Positions 28,543 to 38,981 of a stretch of DNA of 64,000 bases are shown here, piece by piece. The notes under the pieces are model-generated. The model saw only the letters and a list, made by a program, of their open reading frames with translations, made no database searches and was not told where the DNA came from. The DNA is from Candidatus Colwellbacteria bacterium (GTDB taxonomy: Bacteria > Patescibacteriota > Minisyncoccia > UBA6257 > Colwellbacteraceae). The stretch's first letter is position 1. Every line of letters starts with the position of its first letter. Location: assembly GCA_028710275.1 (NCBI GenBank), contig JAQTUL010000002.1, positions 12,855 through 76,854 of the forward strand, written 5' to 3'. Position numbers and translations under genes: made by a program.

Positions 28543-30252
28543 ATGCCGAACCGACAAGGATTGTCTTCAGAAGACATGGCTTCTCTTTTTTCATCGATGC
28601 GCCCTAATACGATGTTTAACCCTCTCAATATTGTACGTCCAATGGTTCCTCTTAGCTCAGGAAGAATTCCTCTTGAATCAGTTGGTCGAGCATTGGTCCC
28701 TCCTGTTGTTCATTCAGGAGCATCATCTTCTCGAGGAGAATCAAAAGATCAGTATGAACTCAAAGAAGATAATGTTTCACCACCGGATTACATACGTTCT
28801 GATCAGTATGTCGATTATAAAAAATTATGTGATGATAATCTCGAATGTTCTATATGTCTTAATATCATTGATGGAACAGTGGCTATCACAACATGTATGC
28901 ATCGTTTCTGTTCATCATGTCTTTTCGAGTATATGATGAAAAAAGTAGGAAGTGCATCATGTCCCAACTGTAGAGCTTCTATTGACAACCCGGAAGATGT
29001 TATGATCTCATCCGAACTATCAGATATATTGGATAGTTCAGTTATCCGTTGTAAAAATAAAGAGTGTACTGCTGAGCTTCCTCGTAAAGAATATAAGAAA
29101 CATACACAGATCTGTGAGTTCAATAAGAAACAATGTAAGGGGTGTAAGTCTCTCTATTTCGAAAAGGACTTTGAAAGTCATATGGAGGAATGTCTATATC
29201 GAGTTGTGAAATGTAATCTGTGCAATTCATACACTAAAGTCAAGGACCAGAAAACCCATAGAGATGATGTGTGTCCGGGAACAATGATCAAATGTCCTAA
29301 TCAAAAGTGTAACTATATGACGCAGCGTTCTAAGATCAATAGACATAACGCTTCATGTACTTATCGAATGGTTACCTGTTCTAATGGATGTGAATCGATA
29401 TTCGACCATAAGGAACAATCTTTGCATAATGAGATCTGTAATCTTCGTCCTGTGATGTGTGAGTTCTGTGAGAACAATGTTCCATACAGTAAGCTCATTG
29501 ATCATTACAGGCTCTGTCCCAAGAAGCCGGCCGAATGTAAGTGGTGTAAATCCACGATTGTGTTTGGAGATATGTCTATTCACGAAATGAACTGTTTGAA
29601 AAAAATAGTAAAATGTCCCTTGGGTTGCGGTATTGATATTGAAAGAATGGAAACCGTAAATCATACTTCTATCTGTTCGAATAGATACGTCAAGTGTAGT
29701 GACTGCTCTCAACAGTATATGCTATCGAGAAAAGATTATCACGAATCGCTGTGTTCAGAGACAGTCGTGAAATGCCCAGACTGCTCTCAGAAGATCACTC
29801 GGAAGAATATCTATTTTCATTCTCAAAGTAATTGTGAGATGAAGATTGTCGAATGTAAGTATGTGTACGCGGGATGTTCATGTAAGTTTACCAGAAAAAC
29901 TGAGAGCGAACATTACAGAGAGTACAAGGATCTTCATCTTGAGATTCTTGATAAATATATTCAAGAAAAGGTTCACGTTTCTCTTTCCCGTCCGAGAAAT
30001 CGTTTCGAAGACATGCCGGCGTCTTATTTTGCACTTGTCTCTCAACCGGCTGCATCTCCGATACTATCTAGACCTCCCCCACGAGTTGAGAATAGATCTT
30101 TTGTTGATGCTGCAAACGAGTATATTGCTCGAGACGAGGCCTTACACGCTAGTCATCAACGACAGATGGATGCTCTTAATCAGGCGGAATCAGATGACGA
30201 GAATGATGAAGAGTATGAACACGGTCATGATTCTGGAGAAAGATGGGGATAA
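28543..30252 (+). CDS. RING finger plus multiple TRAF-type zinc fingers (putative E3 ubiquitin ligase)
   Basis: C3HC4 RING CSICLN...CMHRFCSSCL...CPNCR. This is followed by at least six C-x2-C-x(n)-H-x(n)-C modules spaced as in TRAF/SIAH-type zinc fingers. Acidic C-terminus. Confidence 0.7.
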   Translation: MPNRQGLSSEDMASLFSSMRPNTMFNPLNIVRPMVPLSSGRIPLESVGRALVPPVVHSGASSSRGESKDQYELKEDNVSPPDYIRSDQYVDYKKLCDDNLECSICLNIIDGTVAITTCMHRFCSSCLFEYMMKKVGSASCPNCRASIDNPEDVMISSELSDILDSSVIRCKNKECTAELPRKEYKKHTQICEFNKKQCKGCKSLYFEKDFESHMEECLYRVVKCNLCNSYTKVKDQKTHRDDVCPGTMIKCPNQKCNYMTQRSKINRHNASCTYRMVTCSNGCESIFDHKEQSLHNEICNLRPVMCEFCENNVPYSKLIDHYRLCPKKPAECKWCKSTIVFGDMSIHEMNCLKKIVKCPLGCGIDIERMETVNHTSICSNRYVKCSDCSQQYMLSRKDYHESLCSETVVKCPDCSQKITRKNIYFHSQSNCEMKIVECKYVYAGCSCKFTRKTESEHYREYKDLHLEILDKYIQEKVHVSLSRPRNRFEDMPASYFALVSQPAASPILSRPPPRVENRSFVDAANEYIARDEALHASHQRQMDALNQAESDDENDEEYEHGHDSGERWG

Positions 30253-30326
30253 TTGCTCGTAGAGTTTTACATATTTAATGATATATAAAACTGAAATATA
30301 GAAGAGTAAGATAGAATCAACCAATC

Positions 30327-31805
30327 ATGGCAGCGACATCTTCAACCGCCTCTTTTCCCTACTTCTCATGCATTCTCGCGAGAGATTCTGTTGATGGTGG
30401 TATCGGTTACAAGAACGCTCTTCCGTGGAAACTTAAAGATGATATGAATCATTTTAAAATGATTACAACGTTCAATACTGAGAAGAAGGAGAATGTTGTT
30501 ATTATGGGTAGACTTACATGGGAGGGAATGGGTGGAAAACCGTTGTCGAACAGAATCAATATCGTAGTCTCTAAGACACTAGAGAATGTTGAGGGTGTGA
30601 CATTGGCCTCCTCTCTAGATGATGCACTACAGAAGGCTCTAACTTTCGGTAAGGGGAGATACATCTTTGTGATCGGTGGAGCAGCTCTCTATCGAGAAGC
30701 GTTCAATCATCCACAAATGGAGACTGTATATGAGACAAGGGTTATGTATTCTGGAGCCAAGTATGACGCATTCTTTAATACATATGTCCCTCTGGATTTC
30801 GAACCTATTTCTTTTCGAGAAGTGAAGGGAGAGAACTTCAACCTTCAATTTATTCAACACAATAAGAGACGAGAGAGTTCTGAGTACGCGTACCTCTCGC
30901 TTGTGAAGGAGATTCTTGAGACTGGAGAGGAGAGAGGAGATCGCACTGGAACTGGTACTATCTCGGTATTTGGACCTCAAGTGTCCTACGATATTAGAGA
31001 GTTCTTCCCTCTTATCTCAACAAAAACAGTTGGATTGAAAACGATTTTCGAAGAGCTCATCTGGATGTTGAGAGGTCAAACGAATAACAATACCCTAAAG
31101 AGAAAGAAGGTGAACATCTGGACTGAGAATTCAGACTCTCATCACAAGAAGATGGTGAAACGACAGATTGAGAAGAATGGAGTTTCGACCCATGTAGATG
31201 GTGATATGGGCCCGTTGTACGGCTATCAATGGAGAAGTTTCGGTGGCGATTATAAGCCGGTTGTCTATCCAGAGAATGCAACTGAAGACGAGAAGATTGC
31301 GATCGAAGATAAGAGACATATTGGAGAGGGTTTTGATCAGATTGCATGGATCATAAATGAGATTAGAACTAATCCTGAATCAAGACGAATTAAGCTTTCC
31401 GCATGGAATCCTAAAGCGATTGATGATATGGCTCTTCCGCCTTGTCACGATAGTTGCACTTTCTACGTTAGTAGAAAGAAATATCTCCATTGCAAACTCC
31501 ACATGCGAAGTAATGATATCTTTCTCGGTGCTCCATTCAATATCGGACAGTATGCTCTTCTTACCTATATGATTGCATCTATGACTGGTTATGTTCCTGG
31601 TAATCTGATTCACACAATTGATGACGCTCACATCTATTCTAATCATGTTGAACAGATGAAACAGCAACTCCTGAGACCGGTGAGAGATCTTCCCACATTG
31701 AAGGTTCTTCGAGTTCCAGAGAAGATTGAGGAATTTGAGTTCTCGGATTTCAAGTTGTCAGGAAGTAATCCTCACCCATCTATCAAGGGGGATATGGCTG
31801 TTTAA
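30327..31805 (+). CDS. DHFR-TS: bifunctional dihydrofolate reductase-thymidylate synthase
   Basis: The N-terminal DHFR fold has LPWKLKDDMNHF and VIMGRLTWE. The C-terminal TS has PLYGYQWRSFGG, ALPPCHDSCTFYV and DAHIYSNH. 492 aa. ATG verified. Confidence 0.93.
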   Translation: MAATSSTASFPYFSCILARDSVDGGIGYKNALPWKLKDDMNHFKMITTFNTEKKENVVIMGRLTWEGMGGKPLSNRINIVVSKTLENVEGVTLASSLDDALQKALTFGKGRYIFVIGGAALYREAFNHPQMETVYETRVMYSGAKYDAFFNTYVPLDFEPISFREVKGENFNLQFIQHNKRRESSEYAYLSLVKEILETGEERGDRTGTGTISVFGPQVSYDIREFFPLISTKTVGLKTIFEELIWMLRGQTNNNTLKRKKVNIWTENSDSHHKKMVKRQIEKNGVSTHVDGDMGPLYGYQWRSFGGDYKPVVYPENATEDEKIAIEDKRHIGEGFDQIAWIINEIRTNPESRRIKLSAWNPKAIDDMALPPCHDSCTFYVSRKKYLHCKLHMRSNDIFLGAPFNIGQYALLTYMIASMTGYVPGNLIHTIDDAHIYSNHVEQMKQQLLRPVRDLPTLKVLRVPEKIEEFEFSDFKLSGSNPHPSIKGDMAV

Positions 31806-31828
31806 AGTCTCGTTTCAGATAAGTAGAT

Positions 31829-32056
31829 ATGAGTGATCTTAAAGAAATTTCTCCATCCGTTGATCTCTTCATTATGGATGATTGTCTTGCTAATACTGAT
31901 AAGACTATGGACCTCCTAAAGAATCCTCTCATTCGAAAGATATATTTAGAAGGACGACATAGTGATCTGATGGATCCAGAGAAATGGAGACTATGGATTC
32001 AACAATGTGAACATAACAAGGAATTGCGAGATAAGGATCTGATAAAACTGATCTAA
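31829..32056 (+). CDS. small hypothetical protein
   Basis: 75 aa. ATG verified. Confidence 0.3.
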   Translation: MSDLKEISPSVDLFIMDDCLANTDKTMDLLKNPLIRKIYLEGRHSDLMDPEKWRLWIQQCEHNKELRDKDLIKLI

Positions 32057-32085
32057 TCTCTTCATAAATTTATAGTATCACCAAC

Positions 32086-32442
32086 ATGGAATCATACTAT
32101 AAATTTACATACGGAAATGAGATCTCTATCTACTTCAAAGAGGAACTGGAAGAGATAGAGACTTATCTCAATAGGACAATTCTTGAAGAGATGACGAGTT
32201 ATCACTGTGATGGATGTAATTACTGTTGTTATGGAACTTATGTATCCAAATATTGGTGTGAGAAGAAATTCAAGGGGGAAGAGGATTTTTCCGAATACTA
32301 TGAGATGTGTCGACAGAAGGGATTTACCTTGAAAGCTCACATAGAAAAAATCTCTTTCGAAAAAGGTATTGTAGGGTACTTTGATGGTGTGGAATTTCTA
32401 TGGGAACTTGATAGCGATTACAAATTCAAGTTGGTTCTGTAG
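32086..32442 (+). CDS. small Cys-rich hypothetical protein
   Basis: 118 aa. CDGCNYCCYGTY..C cluster. Confidence 0.35.
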   Translation: MESYYKFTYGNEISIYFKEELEEIETYLNRTILEEMTSYHCDGCNYCCYGTYVSKYWCEKKFKGEEDFSEYYEMCRQKGFTLKAHIEKISFEKGIVGYFDGVEFLWELDSDYKFKLVL

Positions 32443-32509
32443 AAATACAGCCCAGAGCTTAAAAATGAATTTTTATTATTCAATCTGAAAAGTATTACTT
32501 CTGCTAAAC

Positions 32510-34711
32510 ATGGCTGCCCTTATTACATTTTTCACTGATCTATTGTGGACGAAACGAGATGATCCTATCATTCTCTTTGAGAGTGATGTAGAGAGTGATG
32601 TAGAAGAGGATCCTGGTGACGAATCGGATATTATTGAAGACGAAATTGTTTCATCATCGTCTCCCTCTGATACCGAAGAGAAAAAGGATACCGATCGCGT
32701 TGACGAAACAAAGAAGTTTTACTCTATGGTTGATGGTCTAAGTGTTCTTAATCTCGGAGAAGATGAGGTCAAAGATATGGTGGAATCTCTCAAGTCCTTA
32801 GTGTATAACATTCTGGCAAAGAATAAGGATGATGAGTTTGGTAAGCATAAGATGTGTACACATCTCAAAAAGGAGTACAATATTTCTGTAGATAAGCCGA
32901 TAATCACAATCGGATCTGTTCTGCGAGATCTATGGGATGATAACAAGATCGTTCGTCGATCATCAGATAAGGCAGGAATGTTATACAAAGCAAAGACTAA
33001 GATTACTAAGGTACGAAAAGAGACATATAGATTTTTTGATATGTGCTCAACGTTGAAACAGATCAAATCAAAAACAAAGTCGTTGGTTATGGGTGCAGTC
33101 CAATCGGGTAAAACGAAACTTATCATCTCTTACGCGTATCAATCATTTCTGAAAGGGATTTCGACTGTAATTCTTGTTCTTCCTACAAACGAAAACGAAT
33201 ATCAGATCAGAGCGCGTTTCGATGATCAGAGAGAGTACACTGAACATATGCTCAGTATCGGACTGGATCCTATTGTTTTTCCTGAACCAGTTCATGCAAC
33301 AACAGATGATGAGGAGTTAGAAGATCTTCTGGACAGTACTATTCCGGGAATAGTAGTTCTTCTATGTAACCCTTCAAAGATGAAGAAACTTATGAACATC
33401 ATCACAGAGATGAATACTTGTAAGTTCAATCTGATTATCGACGAGATTGATTCGTTTTATAAGTCAAAGGATGAACGAAAGTTCCATGAGCCGTTTAAGT
33501 TTCTGATCGATAAAGCTCATACAGTGGTGGGTGTAACAGCTACGATTTTCGACGTGGTTCTTCCTACCAAATCAAAGTTCGTTACCAATAAAAACATCTA
33601 TCTTATGGATATCCCTGGTGATTATAAGGGATTCTCTGATCTGAAATGGATCGAGTTAGAGGATTCAAAGATTAAGACTAACAAGATATCGAATAGTTGG
33701 ATAGACTCATTCTATTCTGATCTTCTAGGGACACCACCATATCGATTGGACGACGGAACTCTACATCCGATAATCTGTCTTCATAAAGTGGACCGCAAGA
33801 ATAATGATCAGGAGAATACCCAATACTATTTCAAGAGAAATCTCCCAAGTCTCTGTTCTATAGTCTACAACGGAAAGGGTGTTCATCTCTATTATGAAGA
33901 ACTTCTCGGATATGAATCTTTAATGATTGATGACAAGGAGAGTTTTATCGACTGTGGAGTTTTCAAAGTGAAGACGAGTATCAGTAGGATTCTCGGATGG
34001 TTGAGAAACAATCGAACAGTTAGACCTCCAACTCATATTATGATTGTCTCCGGAAAGATGGCTGATAGAGGAATTTCATTCGTCTCGAGTGATTACAAAT
34101 GGCATTTGACACATGAGTTAATGATCATCCCACCCTCATCGACAGCTGGTTCTCTTCTTCAGGGAGTGAGAATCTGTGGTCGTTACAAAGATGACATTCC
34201 ACTACATATTATTGCTGATAGAACGGTATATGAAGACTGTATCAGATCATCCAAGACACAGGACGAAATCTATTCGAATGCAAAGAAGATGATTGACGAA
34301 AAATATATGAACAAGTGTATAGAGGAGATGACATTTAGTGATGAGGTACTCATCAAAGGACGCAGACTAGCCGTGAATGAGTATAAGAAGATCAAGACGG
34401 TAGTCAAGCCCAACGATACAGGAGACTATTGTCTTATCACTCCGAGTATGTATGGAAAATACAAAGATGTGTTCGAGGAGGTTGTTGAGTTCTTTAGAGA
34501 TGGACAACTTAACGAATGGATACTTCGCGCCGATGTATGTAACTATCTTGTCAGTATCGGTATCAGTAGTAGAGATAACACTGGATACCGATCAATGTTT
34601 GAGAACAAAAAGGATAATAAAACAAATGACGACACAGTGCCTGGAATTTTGATGATGAAGGATAAAGACGATTACGGTGAGATTAGATGGTGGGTGCGAT
34701 ACAACGAATAA
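32510..34711 (+). CDS. SF2 helicase-like NTPase (A18-like?) with acidic N-terminal extension
   Basis: Motif I MGAVQSGKTKLI, motif II LIIDEIDS, motif III VGVTATIFD, motif VI LLQGVRICGR. 733 aa. Confidence 0.55.
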   Translation: MAALITFFTDLLWTKRDDPIILFESDVESDVEEDPGDESDIIEDEIVSSSSPSDTEEKKDTDRVDETKKFYSMVDGLSVLNLGEDEVKDMVESLKSLVYNILAKNKDDEFGKHKMCTHLKKEYNISVDKPIITIGSVLRDLWDDNKIVRRSSDKAGMLYKAKTKITKVRKETYRFFDMCSTLKQIKSKTKSLVMGAVQSGKTKLIISYAYQSFLKGISTVILVLPTNENEYQIRARFDDQREYTEHMLSIGLDPIVFPEPVHATTDDEELEDLLDSTIPGIVVLLCNPSKMKKLMNIITEMNTCKFNLIIDEIDSFYKSKDERKFHEPFKFLIDKAHTVVGVTATIFDVVLPTKSKFVTNKNIYLMDIPGDYKGFSDLKWIELEDSKIKTNKISNSWIDSFYSDLLGTPPYRLDDGTLHPIICLHKVDRKNNDQENTQYYFKRNLPSLCSIVYNGKGVHLYYEELLGYESLMIDDKESFIDCGVFKVKTSISRILGWLRNNRTVRPPTHIMIVSGKMADRGISFVSSDYKWHLTHELMIIPPSSTAGSLLQGVRICGRYKDDIPLHIIADRTVYEDCIRSSKTQDEIYSNAKKMIDEKYMNKCIEEMTFSDEVLIKGRRLAVNEYKKIKTVVKPNDTGDYCLITPSMYGKYKDVFEEVVEFFRDGQLNEWILRADVCNYLVSIGISSRDNTGYRSMFENKKDNKTNDDTVPGILMMKDKDDYGEIRWWVRYNE

Positions 34712-34762
34712 GAGTGATTTGTCTACTTAAAATATACAAATTACAATCATACAATTTATACT

Positions 34763-35359
34763 ATGGCGTCTGAAACATCGTATAGATATCTAGCCGTTCT
34801 TGATTTCGAGGCAACGTGTTGGGATACTAACAATGAGCATGAGATCATTGAGTTTCCTACGGTTATCATCGATCTCGATACAAACACAGTTATCGATCGA
34901 TTCGAACAGTTTGTCCTACCTAAAAATAAACCTCGACTGAGTGAATTTTGTCATAACCTTACAACTATTACACAAGATCAGGTAAACTCCGGTATCTCAC
35001 TACCTGAAGCACTTAAAAGACATCAACAATTTATGTCTAAATATCCGAGCAGTATTTTCGTAACATGCGGGGACTGGGATCTTAAAACAATGCTTCCTAT
35101 GGATGCTATCAATCATAATATTTCGACACCTGGAATGTATCGTCGATGGATCAATATCAAACGTGTATTTGATAAGTTTTTCGGTCTCAAGAAAAGTACA
35201 AGTATGATTGGTATGCTCTCAGTTGTAGGTCTCGAATTGGAAGGTACTCATCATCGAGGAATTGATGACTGTGTTAATATTGCTCGTATCTGTTGCGTTA
35301 TTCTCAATAAGGGATGGAATCCATCGAAAGAACGACTAAATGCTGTGTTGACTTGCTAG
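34763..35359 (+). CDS. ERI-1/3'hExo-like DEDDh 3'-5' exonuclease
   Basis: YLAVLDFEATCWD....HEIIEFPTVIID matches the ERI-1 exo I block. HHRGIDDCVNIARI gives the H-x4-D DEDDh motif. Confidence 0.8.
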   Translation: MASETSYRYLAVLDFEATCWDTNNEHEIIEFPTVIIDLDTNTVIDRFEQFVLPKNKPRLSEFCHNLTTITQDQVNSGISLPEALKRHQQFMSKYPSSIFVTCGDWDLKTMLPMDAINHNISTPGMYRRWINIKRVFDKFFGLKKSTSMIGMLSVVGLELEGTHHRGIDDCVNIARICCVILNKGWNPSKERLNAVLTC

Positions 35360-35742
35360 AAAATGATTTTATCTTACCATTCATTATCTTATACTATCAA
35401 ATGACTACCATCAATTGTATTATCGAGACAAACATCTACAGAAAATATGAATTGGTAGGACCAAATTCATATGCTACGTGTGTAATTGAAAAATACGACA
35501 AAAATTGGAGTAAGTGGATGGCATGTTGAGTTGATATCAGCATTCCCTAAACGTCAAGGACTTGCTAGTAAACTTATTTCTCATATTCGAAATGATATGA
35601 AGGTTGATTTTTCAGTATGTCCTATAAACGACGGAATTCCTTTCCTTAATAAGATGGGTATGTCAATTAACAATGGTCTTCCAAAAATCGAGTGATAAGT
35701 TTCGACTTTTATATTTTATAGTAGTAATATCTACTATAAAAT

Positions 35743-36633
35743 ATGCCTATCAGGTATCAAGGTGGAAAGCAACGCTTTGCAAAGGCGATCTATGAGGTTA
35801 TGACCGATTACGAATATCGAAACACAGGAAAGAATAAGCTCAATCTCTACTCACCATTTTTCGGTATGGGAGCCGTAGAGTTAGAGTTCTCTAGAAGGGA
35901 TAACGACGAGAAGTGTGTACGAACGATAACAGCCAATGATATAAACGAAGATGTTATTCTTATGTGGGAGTCTCTCCAAGATGGTTGGCTTCCTAAAAAG
36001 ACCTGTTCAGAGACATACTACAAGAAATTAAAGACATCTGATCCATCAGCTGAGAGAGGATTTTATCTTTCCGCTTACGCGTTTGGTGGAGTATTTGGAA
36101 GCAGTTTCAGAGGAAAGTATCAAACTCCTGAACAGAATAAACGAGAAGGTCTTAATGCATACAACAAAGTGAAAGAGGTTGTTCCTTATCTAGACTGTTT
36201 TAAGTTTCGTAACGGATCGTATATAAAACGAATGCCGAAAAAGGGAGAGATGGTCTACGCTGATCCTCCGTATTATAGTTCTCTAGATTATGGAGTGAAT
36301 AAGTATCTGACCGATTTCGATTACGATGAGTTCTGGGATACGATGAGAAAATGGAGTAAGACCAATCTAGTGTTTATAAGTGAAGAGAAAGGAAAACATA
36401 TACCGAAAGATTTTATAAGTATATGGGAACTCTCTACAACTAGAACGGTGGGAAGTCTCAAAGGTGGAAAGGGAAAGAAAAAGGAATCTCTCTTTATTCA
36501 TAAACGATATGTGAAGAAGGGATCGAAGAGACGAGAGAGTCCCGATAAGGAGAAGATTTCAGAATGCAAAGAGTATCTAGAGGATATGGGATATAATGTT
36601 AAGAAAACCCGTAGATCTAAAAATGATTTGTAA
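35743..36633 (+). CDS. N6-adenine DNA methyltransferase (Dam/D12 class)
   Basis: N-terminus IRYQGGKQR (WAGGK-like AdoMet motif). Catalytic DPPY at VYADPPYYSS. Confidence 0.75.
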   Translation: MPIRYQGGKQRFAKAIYEVMTDYEYRNTGKNKLNLYSPFFGMGAVELEFSRRDNDEKCVRTITANDINEDVILMWESLQDGWLPKKTCSETYYKKLKTSDPSAERGFYLSAYAFGGVFGSSFRGKYQTPEQNKREGLNAYNKVKEVVPYLDCFKFRNGSYIKRMPKKGEMVYADPPYYSSLDYGVNKYLTDFDYDEFWDTMRKWSKTNLVFISEEKGKHIPKDFISIWELSTTRTVGSLKGGKGKKKESLFIHKRYVKKGSKRRESPDKEKISECKEYLEDMGYNVKKTRRSKNDL

Positions 36634-36956
36634 CTTATATTTTAGAAACAATACCACCTCATCTAGAAGCTTTCAGATGTCAAATATCGTACATAGCGGT
36701 AAAGGATATGAAGATCGTATTTATAGTATTACTACTGATGGATTAATCGCCGGAGTAATCCCTAATTGTACTACAGTTATCTACAGAATCAATCTCTCAA
36801 CAGGGAAATGGAGTATTCGAGAGGAGAAATCCGATGTGTCTGATTGTCTCTCCCGATTAAAGTTGACTGATGGTTAAATTCTTGTACAAGTCCAAAAAAT
36901 GAATCATTGGACAGTTTACAATTACTAATCACTCAATCGTCAGTCCATTCACAACC

Positions 36957-37697
36957 ATGTCTATCGCACGATACAACGAGTGGGTGAAGTTCGTATCCTA
37001 TGGAAAGAAACAGAGTTCACAGAAGAATGCGGTGGACTACTTTTTTATACATCATTCTTGGTGGATTCGTTCGACCAAGAGTTTGGTATACCAGATTGAA
37101 AACTACACCGGAAAGAGTTTCGGTGTGAGATCGCCACGTAGATCTCTCATTCGATGTCTAAACGAATTGATCAAGGACAGTATCATTGTGACGTGTAAGA
37201 GAGGAGAAGCACGATTCTATATTCATTCGATGTATAATAAGACTTCAATGAAAGTACCGATTATTGAAGAGAACGAGGAGAGTGATATCGAAGAGAGTGA
37301 AGACGAGAAGAAGAGTGATATCGAAGAGAGTGAAGACGAGAAGAAGAGTGATATCGAAGAGCATGACGAGAAGAGTGATATCGAAGAGAAGAAGAGTGTC
37401 ATTAGATGTGTACATTTTCAGGCCGCACGTTGTAATCACGATGACAATCCGTTGAAGATTTCGGAGATGAATCTTCAATGGAAGGTCTCACCATTTGACG
37501 ATGAAGAGAATGACGAGATCCGTGAGATGGAGCTTTATGATCTCAAGTGTCTCATAGAGAAGGAGAATCGTCAATTCGACGGAGAGCCCGAATACAAGTT
37601 TGGATATCGACCGATCGAAACTCTTGGTCTTATTATTGTTACTTTGTCTCTCTCCTACTGTTTCTGTTTGTCAGGTCTCGGAATCTATCTGATGTAA
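36957..37697 (+). CDS. hypothetical protein with tandem acidic repeats and C-terminal transmembrane helix
   Basis: SDIEESEDEKK x3-4 from the 33 bp DNA tandem repeat at 37281-37398. C-terminus LGLIIVTLSLSYCFCLSGLGIYLM. Confidence 0.5.
   Translation: MSIARYNEWVKFVSYGKKQSSQKNAVDYFFIHHSWWIRSTKSLVYQIENYTGKSFGVRSPRRSLIRCLNELIKDSIIVTCKRGEARFYIHSMYNKTSMKVPIIEENEESDIEESEDEKKSDIEESEDEKKSDIEEHDEKSDIEEKKSVIRCVHFQAARCNHDDNPLKISEMNLQWKVSPFDDEENDEIREMELYDLKCLIEKENRQFDGEPEYKFGYRPIETLGLIIVTLSLSYCFCLSGLGIYLM
37281..37398 (+). repeat. 33 bp tandem repeat (agtgatatcgaagagagtgaagacgagaagaag) x about 3.5 inside CDS 36957-37697
   Basis: Read directly from the sequence. Encodes SDIEESEDEKK repeats. Confidence 0.85.
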
Positions 37698-37734
37698 TGT
37701 TGTCGGATCGATATTGATCCAGAAAAGTGAATAG

Positions 37735-37769
37735 AGTAAAAGATATATAAATATAATATATCTTTTACT
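37735..37769. terminator. hairpin AGTAAAAGATATAT-aaatata-ATATATCTTTTACT between 36957-37697 and 37781
   Basis: Perfect 14 bp arms. Confidence 0.45.
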
Positions 37770-37780
37770 ACAAGACAACT

Positions 37781-38446
37781 ATGTCACAACAACGTTCATC
37801 TATACAGGTTATTCTTATCGATATGGATAACACATTAGCAGACTTTGAGAAGTCTGCTAAAGAGAAATACGAATCAAAAGGTTTTATCTGGCCTGATAGA
37901 ACCGATTTTGAATTTTCAGACGATACAAATCTACGCCCGATCATTACTGCGAAGGGATTTTTTGAGAATCTAGATCCCATTCCCGGAGCGATCGACGCCG
38001 TTAAGGAGATGGAGAGTCTCGGATTTGTTGTCTTCTTCTGTACGTCACCATTGACACAATATCTCCATTGTGTCCCGGAAAAATATACATGGATCGAAAG
38101 ACACTTTGGTAAGGAATGGGTGAAACGTATTATTGTTGCAAAGGATAAGACAATGGTGATCGGAGACTATCTTATTGATGATAAACCTAATCCGGAAAAA
38201 GGAGTTCTTACCCCGGTATGGAAACATATTCTATTTCATCAGGAGTACAATAAGTCTCTGAACCGTCAGAGAATCACAGACTGGTGTGATTGGAAAAAGA
38301 TCATCTTTCAAGAGGAAGAGGAAGAGGAATCTGAATACTGGGATAAGCTCTCGGAATCGATTAAATATGAAAATTATTCAGTGGATACTCGGTGTAGTTG
38401 TTCTCCGGGCCAAAAAGCGTGGTGTATCTGCTATTCTGGGAGATAA
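37781..38446 (+). CDS. HAD-superfamily 5'(3')-deoxyribonucleotidase
   Basis: N-terminus VILIDMDNTLADFE (DxDxT motif I, as in mitochondrial/cytosolic dNT). 221 aa. Confidence 0.65.
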   Translation: MSQQRSSIQVILIDMDNTLADFEKSAKEKYESKGFIWPDRTDFEFSDDTNLRPIITAKGFFENLDPIPGAIDAVKEMESLGFVVFFCTSPLTQYLHCVPEKYTWIERHFGKEWVKRIIVAKDKTMVIGDYLIDDKPNPEKGVLTPVWKHILFHQEYNKSLNRQRITDWCDWKKIIFQEEEEEESEYWDKLSESIKYENYSVDTRCSCSPGQKAWCICYSGR

Positions 38447-38455
38447 TATCAAAAA

Positions 38456-38911
38456 TTGAATATTTCCGCTTTTCAATATTCCTTTTCACCACCATCTCAC
38501 TCGTCTTCGACACTTTCAACCATGTCATCTACATCCACTAAGATCAAGAACTGGTACCTGTTCGAGAACGGAAAGATTCTTTGTGGAGATATCATGACAG
38601 CGAACCAGAATTACACGTTCTTCCAGTTTGGTATCGCCAAGTACACTCCATTCTCTTCGTACGAAGAGGAAGTGAAGACTATTGTGAAGGAAGATGGAAA
38701 GAATATTGAGAAGATCATTAAGAGAAAGGTGTACATCCCAGCACTTGTCGATGGTGTCACCAAGTCAGGAATCCGGATTCAACTCTCTCTCTTCGATTCA
38801 GAGAAGGATAGATACTTTCAGACTACCGACTTCTTCAAGGTTCTCGCTGAGAAGCATGGATCTAAGAAACAGGAGATTAAGAAGGATGAGTCCGATGAAG
38901 ATGATGAGTAA
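38456..38911 (+). CDS. hypothetical protein with acidic C-terminus
   Basis: The track start is TTG. The real start is probably the ATG at about 38522 (MSSTSTKIKNW). Confidence 0.45.
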   Translation: MNISAFQYSFSPPSHSSSTLSTMSSTSTKIKNWYLFENGKILCGDIMTANQNYTFFQFGIAKYTPFSSYEEEVKTIVKEDGKNIEKIIKRKVYIPALVDGVTKSGIRIQLSLFDSEKDRYFQTTDFFKVLAEKHGSKKQEIKKDESDEDDE

Positions 38912-38933
38912 ATCACTTACGGAGAACAGAATA

Positions 38934-38961
38934 ATTTTCATTGAATAACACCAATGAAAAT
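38934..38961. terminator. hairpin ATTTTCATTG-aataacac-CAATGAAAAT in the convergent spacer between 38456-38911 (+) and 38982-39455 (-)
   Basis: Perfect 10 bp arms. Could serve both converging genes. Confidence 0.45.
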
Positions 38962-38981
38962 TACAATTAAAGTTGGGGCTT

